Positions 29,433 through 32,000 of a stretch of 32,000 nucleotides of DNA are shown here, in pieces. The position numbers were made by a program, and so were the translations under genes. The notes beneath the pieces were generated by a model, which saw nothing but the letters and a program-made list of their open reading frames with translations, ran no database searches and was not told the origin of the DNA. Every line of letters starts with the position of its first letter. The first letter of the stretch is position 1. Source of the DNA: Xanthomonas campestris pv. campestris str. ATCC 33913 (GTDB lineage Bacteria > Pseudomonadota > Gammaproteobacteria > Xanthomonadales > Xanthomonadaceae); contig NC_003902.1 in the NCBI RefSeq assembly GCF_000007145.1, forward strand, positions 1,837,436 through 1,869,435, given 5' to 3'.

Positions 29433-30752
29433 ATGTTTGCCAATATCAAGAGAGGGGGGGTAATTTTGAGCGGGAAAAAGATCGCGATCATTGGGGCGGG
29501 CGCGAAAGCCGCCGCAATAGCTGTCAGAGCTACAGCGCTAAATGAATCAAAACAATTTCACGAGGTGAGTGTTGATATATATGAAAAATTTCAGGTGGGA
29601 TCAAGTTGGAATGGGCTCCATGGGTATACCGATGGGGAGCAGCCTCTGTGTACACCAATCGAACGAGATTTGGGCTACCCGTATACTCGGGCTCGCCAGA
29701 AGATTGGTGTATCCATTCATGAAAATTATTCCTGGTCGAGCTATCTGATTTCCAGAGCGGATAAAGCTTTTGTGGAGTGGGTAGATGGAGGTAGGCGGCC
29801 ACCATCTCACGCACTTTTTGCCGAATATCTAACCTGGGCGATAAACAAGTCGGACGCAAACCTTATCTTAAAGGAGGTTATTGGACTTCAGCCGGTAAAA
29901 GGAAGGTGGCGGGTGAGGTGCAGGGCAGGATCTACAAATCGCCTCAGTAAAAATAGTTACGATAGCATCGTTGTTACAGGTCCCGGTCCTGCTAACCGGG
30001 TGAAGGCGCCTGGCGGAGTGGCGCGTGTGTTTGATGGTGAGAAGATGTGGATGGCACTGGATGAAGTTAGGTCGGCGCTGGAGGAGACTCGGCCGGGTCA
30101 AGACATGGAAGGAAAGATCGCCATATTAGGAGCGGGTGGAACTGCGGCAGCTATTCTCGCTTGGCTTGTGCGTAATGGTTGTAAGGATCGAGAAATAATC
30201 ATAATTTCGCAGCAGCCTGCTTTCTACACAAGAGGTGATAGCGTATTCGAGAATAGGCTATTCAATGATGAGGACTCCTGGGCATCTCTGCCGCGTGAAT
30301 CGCAAATCGAATTTGCCGACCGACTTAATCGAGGAGTGGTTTGGTCAACAGTGATGGACCAGGTGTCTGTAGCGCGCGGGGTGAAATTTGTATTCGGCAA
30401 GGCTGAGGAGGTTCTTGAGCGAGATGGTTCTTTGTTCGTAAATGTCGCAAGGTCGGACGGCCCGCCCATTGATGTTCCAGCAAACATAGTATTTGATGCC
30501 GTCGGCTTCAATGGCGTTTGGTGGCTGGATTTAATAGAGGACGATGAGATTCGTGCCGCTAACGGTAATGAATTAAAAAAGCTCCTGCAGGCTTCAATAC
30601 TCCCTAGTCTTATGCTTGACGGTCCTGACTGGAAGTTGCCCCCTCTCTACGCTCCAATGCTTGCGAGCACTATCGGACCTGGATTTCAGAGCTTGATGTC
30701 ACTTGGAGGCCTAGCCCATAGGATCTTAGAGGGTCATTTGACAGAGCTGTAG
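29433..30752 (+). CDS. Two-Rossmann FAD/NAD(P)-binding oxidoreductase, resembling class B N-hydroxylating flavin monooxygenases (IucD/PvdA/SidA-like)
   Basis: 439-aa ORF in low-GC DNA. GAGAKA at aa 21-26, GAGGTA at aa 233-238, DAVGF at aa 355-359. SSWNGLHG...ERDLGYP...SYL, FAEYLTWA and the C-terminal GPGFQSLMSLGGLAHRI resemble the K_oxygenase layout, judged by recollection with no search run. Alternative start at TTG 29466, just after a strong AGAGGGGGGG Shine-Dalgarno, which would give MSGKKIAIIGAG. Confidence 0.55.
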   Translation: MFANIKRGGVILSGKKIAIIGAGAKAAAIAVRATALNESKQFHEVSVDIYEKFQVGSSWNGLHGYTDGEQPLCTPIERDLGYPYTRARQKIGVSIHENYSWSSYLISRADKAFVEWVDGGRRPPSHALFAEYLTWAINKSDANLILKEVIGLQPVKGRWRVRCRAGSTNRLSKNSYDSIVVTGPGPANRVKAPGGVARVFDGEKMWMALDEVRSALEETRPGQDMEGKIAILGAGGTAAAILAWLVRNGCKDREIIIISQQPAFYTRGDSVFENRLFNDEDSWASLPRESQIEFADRLNRGVVWSTVMDQVSVARGVKFVFGKAEEVLERDGSLFVNVARSDGPPIDVPANIVFDAVGFNGVWWLDLIEDDEIRAANGNELKKLLQASILPSLMLDGPDWKLPPLYAPMLASTIGPGFQSLMSLGGLAHRILEGHLTEL

Positions 30753-30795
30753 TTGAAGCGTATACATATGTATGGGTCTTTCAATGGGGTGGTAT

Positions 30796-31257
30796 ATGTC
30801 AAGTAGTGGATCAGTGGTAGATAAAAATATGGTGCTGCGTACGATATACATTAACCCTGCTTTGGATGATTGGCTTAAGCAGGAGGCATTCTCGTCTAGA
30901 ACAAGCAAGAACGATTTGCTGCGCCAGTATATTGAGATGGGAATACTGGCGGCAGCACAGACGGATGCTTCTAGCCCGAGGAAGTATGCTGAGGTATTGG
31001 ATATAGTTAAGGATTCTAACGCTGCTAAAGTGCTCGCAAAGCTAACTAAGCAAGTGGCTACTTCAAAGAAGTCTGGTCAGTCCGCGACTAAAATTTTACA
31101 TTATACCGGTGGCTATACGGCTTCCGTATTTGGCGGCGCAAAGAGGGCGGCGGTAAAAAAGGCAACGGCAAAAAAGGCTGTTAAAAGAGTTGCCAAGAAA
31201 GCTGTAAAGAAGGTTGCTGCAAAGAGGGCAGGCGCGCGCAGGGCTGCAACTGCTTAA
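30796..31257 (+). CDS. Ribbon-helix-helix (CopG/Arc-like) DNA-binding protein with histone-H1-like Lys/Ala-rich C-terminal tail
   Basis: VLRTIYINPALDDWLKQEAFSSRTSKNDLLRQYIEMGI fits a beta-alpha-alpha RHH pattern. The tail is [41 protein letters not shown]. In-frame ATGs are at 30772, 30784, 30796 and 30829. I chose 30796 because GGGGTGG lies upstream. Confidence 0.6.
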   Translation: MSSSGSVVDKNMVLRTIYINPALDDWLKQEAFSSRTSKNDLLRQYIEMGILAAAQTDASSPRKYAEVLDIVKDSNAAKVLAKLTKQVATSKKSGQSATKILHYTGGYTASVFGGAKRAAVKKATAKKAVKRVAKKAVKKVAAKRAGARRAATA

Positions 31258-31514
31258 TTAATTTAATACTGGGCGGCTCGTGGTGACACAGGTCTCTCGT
31301 GACATGCCCACGTCCGCGTCCAAAAATAATGTGAGAGAGCTCTCAAGCTGGCGCCGTCAGACTGGACCGGCCCGATGACAAATCCGAAACGTCCAAAAAA
31401 GAGCGGGGCGCCCGATGACCACCAGAAGAGCCGGTGCCGAGGCGTCACGGGCATGCGGACTAGCGGCAATGAGGGGGCTCCTTTTGCCGGACAGCTGGCC
31501 CAGGTGCCGCGCCG

Positions 31515-32000
31515 CTACACTTCGGACTCAGGCGGGGCGGTCACGGAATCATCAGCCCAGTCCATTGGCACTAGCGCCTTCCCGTTTCGCCAGCGCTCCA
31601 CGACTAGATCCTGATACCACGGCTCCTGAATGTCTGCGTGTTCCGTGATGATGACCTGCATGCGTGGAGACAGGTCCTGGACGACGTTAACAATCAGCCG
31701 GAAGATGCGAATCACGGCCAGGCGATCCTCATCCTCCTCGCCCACTTGGTTGACATCACGACCTTTTTCCGCCGGGAAGTAGACCTGTGACGGCTGGTCT
31801 AGGATCAGGAACCGCGGCACAGGACGTTCCCTGCGAACGAAAAATTCGTGTAAGGCAAGGAAGGCGATAAGATGGCAGCCGAGCCAAGTCTCACCGCTAC
31901 CCATTCGGCTCATGGGCACGGCACCGTCTTCCGTGTCGGCGACGACGATGAGCTTCTTCGGCTCAAGCCGGAAGGGGATTCCGGCGTGCTCCAGTTCTAA
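31515..32000 (-). CDS. C-terminal part of a DUF3732 / LmuB-like SMC-type ABC ATPase (Lamassu / ABC-3C family); N-terminus outside the window
   Basis: The reading frame stays open to position 32000 (LELEHAGIPFRLEPKKLIVVADTEDGAVPMSRM...). Signature-like GSGETWLGCHLIAFLALHEFF, Walker B-like PRFLILDQPSQVYFP, and H-loop-like QVIITEHAD. Family assignment is from memory of DUF3732 conservation. Confidence 0.65.
   Translation of the reverse strand, partial: LELEHAGIPFRLEPKKLIVVADTEDGAVPMSRMGSGETWLGCHLIAFLALHEFFVRRERPVPRFLILDQPSQVYFPAEKGRDVNQVGEEDEDRLAVIRIFRLIVNVVQDLSPRMQVIITEHADIQEPWYQDLVVERWRNGKALVPMDWADDSVTAPPESEV

Larger units (their letters stand above)
27830..32000. mobile_element. Integrative genomic island at the 3' end of tRNA-Ser (left end only; continues beyond the window)
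   Basis: An AT-rich junction starts immediately after the tRNA. An integrase gene begins 84 nt downstream of the tRNA. The cargo has mosaic base composition: the integrase and the ATPase gene are high-GC, while 29.3-31.26 kb is low-GC. No second copy of the tRNA 3' end (attR) is present in the window. Confidence 0.7.

Noticed and set aside
31132-31257. Short tandem-looking repeats (AAAAAGGC / AAGAAAGCTGT-type), considered as a possible repeat array or CRISPR
   Set aside because: They are in frame and simply encode the KKA-rich tail of the RHH protein. There is no repeat-spacer organisation.
31263-31614. Small ORFs (68 aa minus strand; 79 aa and 77 aa plus strand) in the gap after the RHH gene
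   Set aside because: They have no ribosome-binding sites and their products do not look like proteins. They overlap each other and overlap the 3' end of the ATPase gene.
29380-32000. Search for a second copy of the tRNA-Ser 3' end (attR) that would delimit a small island
   Set aside because: No match to TTCGAATCCCACTCTCTCCGCCA or a long sub-string was seen by eye. The island boundary must lie beyond the window.

Overview
High-GC chromosomal segment that looks like Xanthomonas or a close Xanthomonadaceae relative. Sampled 60-nt lines are about 62-67% GC. This taxonomic call rests on gene content and protein sequences, not on a database search.

Positions 1-27,739 are ordinary core genome:
- mtnA 3' end, gyrA, and a membrane PQQ glucose dehydrogenase.
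- An orphan membrane/coiled-coil gene.
- A complete five-step histidine-utilisation locus: hutI-hutH-hutG-hutU on the minus strand, divergent from hutF-hutC, with a perfect TGTATATACA palindrome in the 60-nt control region.
- A membrane-anchored Mrr-like nuclease-fold protein.
- A phasin gene and a PHA-system gene, divergent from an FHA-domain membrane protein.
- msrP-msrQ, serC-pheA-aroA, two tandem TonB-like genes, serS, and a LysR regulator.

The core ends at tRNA-Ser(UGA), 27740-27829. A genomic island starts exactly at the tRNA 3' end. It contains:
- A 488-aa tyrosine integrase.
- A compositionally distinct low-GC two-gene cassette, 29433-31257 (sampled lines about 35-53% GC). It encodes a 439-aa two-Rossmann flavoenzyme resembling N-hydroxylating monooxygenases, followed by a small protein that fuses a ribbon-helix-helix domain to a histone-H1-like Lys/Ala tail.
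- On the opposite strand, the C-terminal part of a DUF3732/LmuB-like (Lamassu / ABC-3C type) ABC ATPase, which runs off the window edge.

The low-GC cassette sits between an integrase and a defence-type ATPase and has no siderophore context. It is my best candidate for an undescribed conflict or defence module. That assignment is inference from motifs and context only.

No CRISPR array, rRNA, IS element or obvious pseudogene was seen. Many long antisense ORFs in the track are high-GC shadow ORFs and were rejected.
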